From NCBI RefSeq assembly GCF_006345805.1, contig NC_043007.1, forward strand, positions 76,880,001 through 76,944,000: a DNA stretch of 64,000 bases, given 5' to 3'. Below the pieces are notes generated by a model. That model worked only from the letters and a program-made list of their open reading frames with translations. It had not been told where the DNA came from and ran no database searches. Positions 63,567 through 64,000 of the stretch are shown here, one piece after another. Each line of letters begins with the position of its first letter. Position 1 is the stretch's first letter. The position numbers and the translations under genes were made by a program. This DNA is from Octopus sinensis (taxonomy: Eukaryota).

Positions 63567-64000
63567 GGGGAATGTAGTCGATTCAACTCTACATCAATGA
63601 ATGGCTGGTAATTAGTATCGATAAATGGCAAAGTCGACTTCGTTGGGGAATTTAAACTCGAACATGAAGGGACATAACTACATAAGTCAAGGTTCAGAAC
63701 TAACGTTTCTGCTTTTGTATCGCCATATATTGATATGTAATAATGTATTTCGAATTAAATGTATAAATGTTTGAGATAAGTTATTATTAAGAAGATTATA
63801 ATATTTCAGACAACTAACCTTATCGTTATATGTGAACATTTTTTCTTCATTTACACTAAGTTTCTGACGGTTTGCCTTCCGATAATTCTCGAGGGTTTAT
63901 TTTTGGAATATGTGCGTAATATCGTAAAATGAGTTCAATATATGAATTCTTTGTTATCTAAGCTAAGACTAATAACCTTCTTATCCATTTGTCCACTGGT

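Noticed and set aside
62900-64000. Protease C exons 5-6 (GDSGGP)
   Set aside because: No matching sequence found; presumably beyond the window end.

Overview
AT-rich, microsatellite- and SINE-dense eukaryotic DNA. The repeat families suggest an octopus or other cephalopod genome (inferred, not verified). There are three spliced genes, all on the + strand, mostly missed or mis-framed by the ORF track. (A) 406-11410: the 3' part of an unrecognised gene built from at least five tandemly duplicated phase 0-0 exons (four with a CxxC motif) and a Cys-rich acidic terminal exon. (B) 28132-49698: a complete six-exon S1A serine protease whose first exon encodes a chitin-binding type-2-like domain. (C) 52835-61318, running off the window: a paralogous S1A protease with identical intron phases but an unrelated Arg/Tyr/Cys-rich first exon. 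Neither protease has the canonical R/K-IVGG activation site. Mobile elements include a very young Ty3/Gypsy (LTRs identical except for TA-repeat length, 5-bp TSD), an older RT-less Gypsy, a maT-like and an internally deleted mariner element, pogo- and Helentron-type non-autonomous elements, Penelope-like, RTE, R4/Dong and CR1/Jockey-like fragments, many tRNA-derived SINEs and a U6 snRNA fragment. The most notable non-coding signal is a set of hammerhead ribozyme (HHR) motifs: a well-formed type I HHR in the sense strand of protease C intron 3 (60086-60131), minimal HHRs in what appears to be a tRNA-headed SINE family, and core-variant HHRs. Several inverted duplications are also present. All structures were read by eye; no alignments, folding or database searches were run. 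Homopolymer indels suggest some assembly error.
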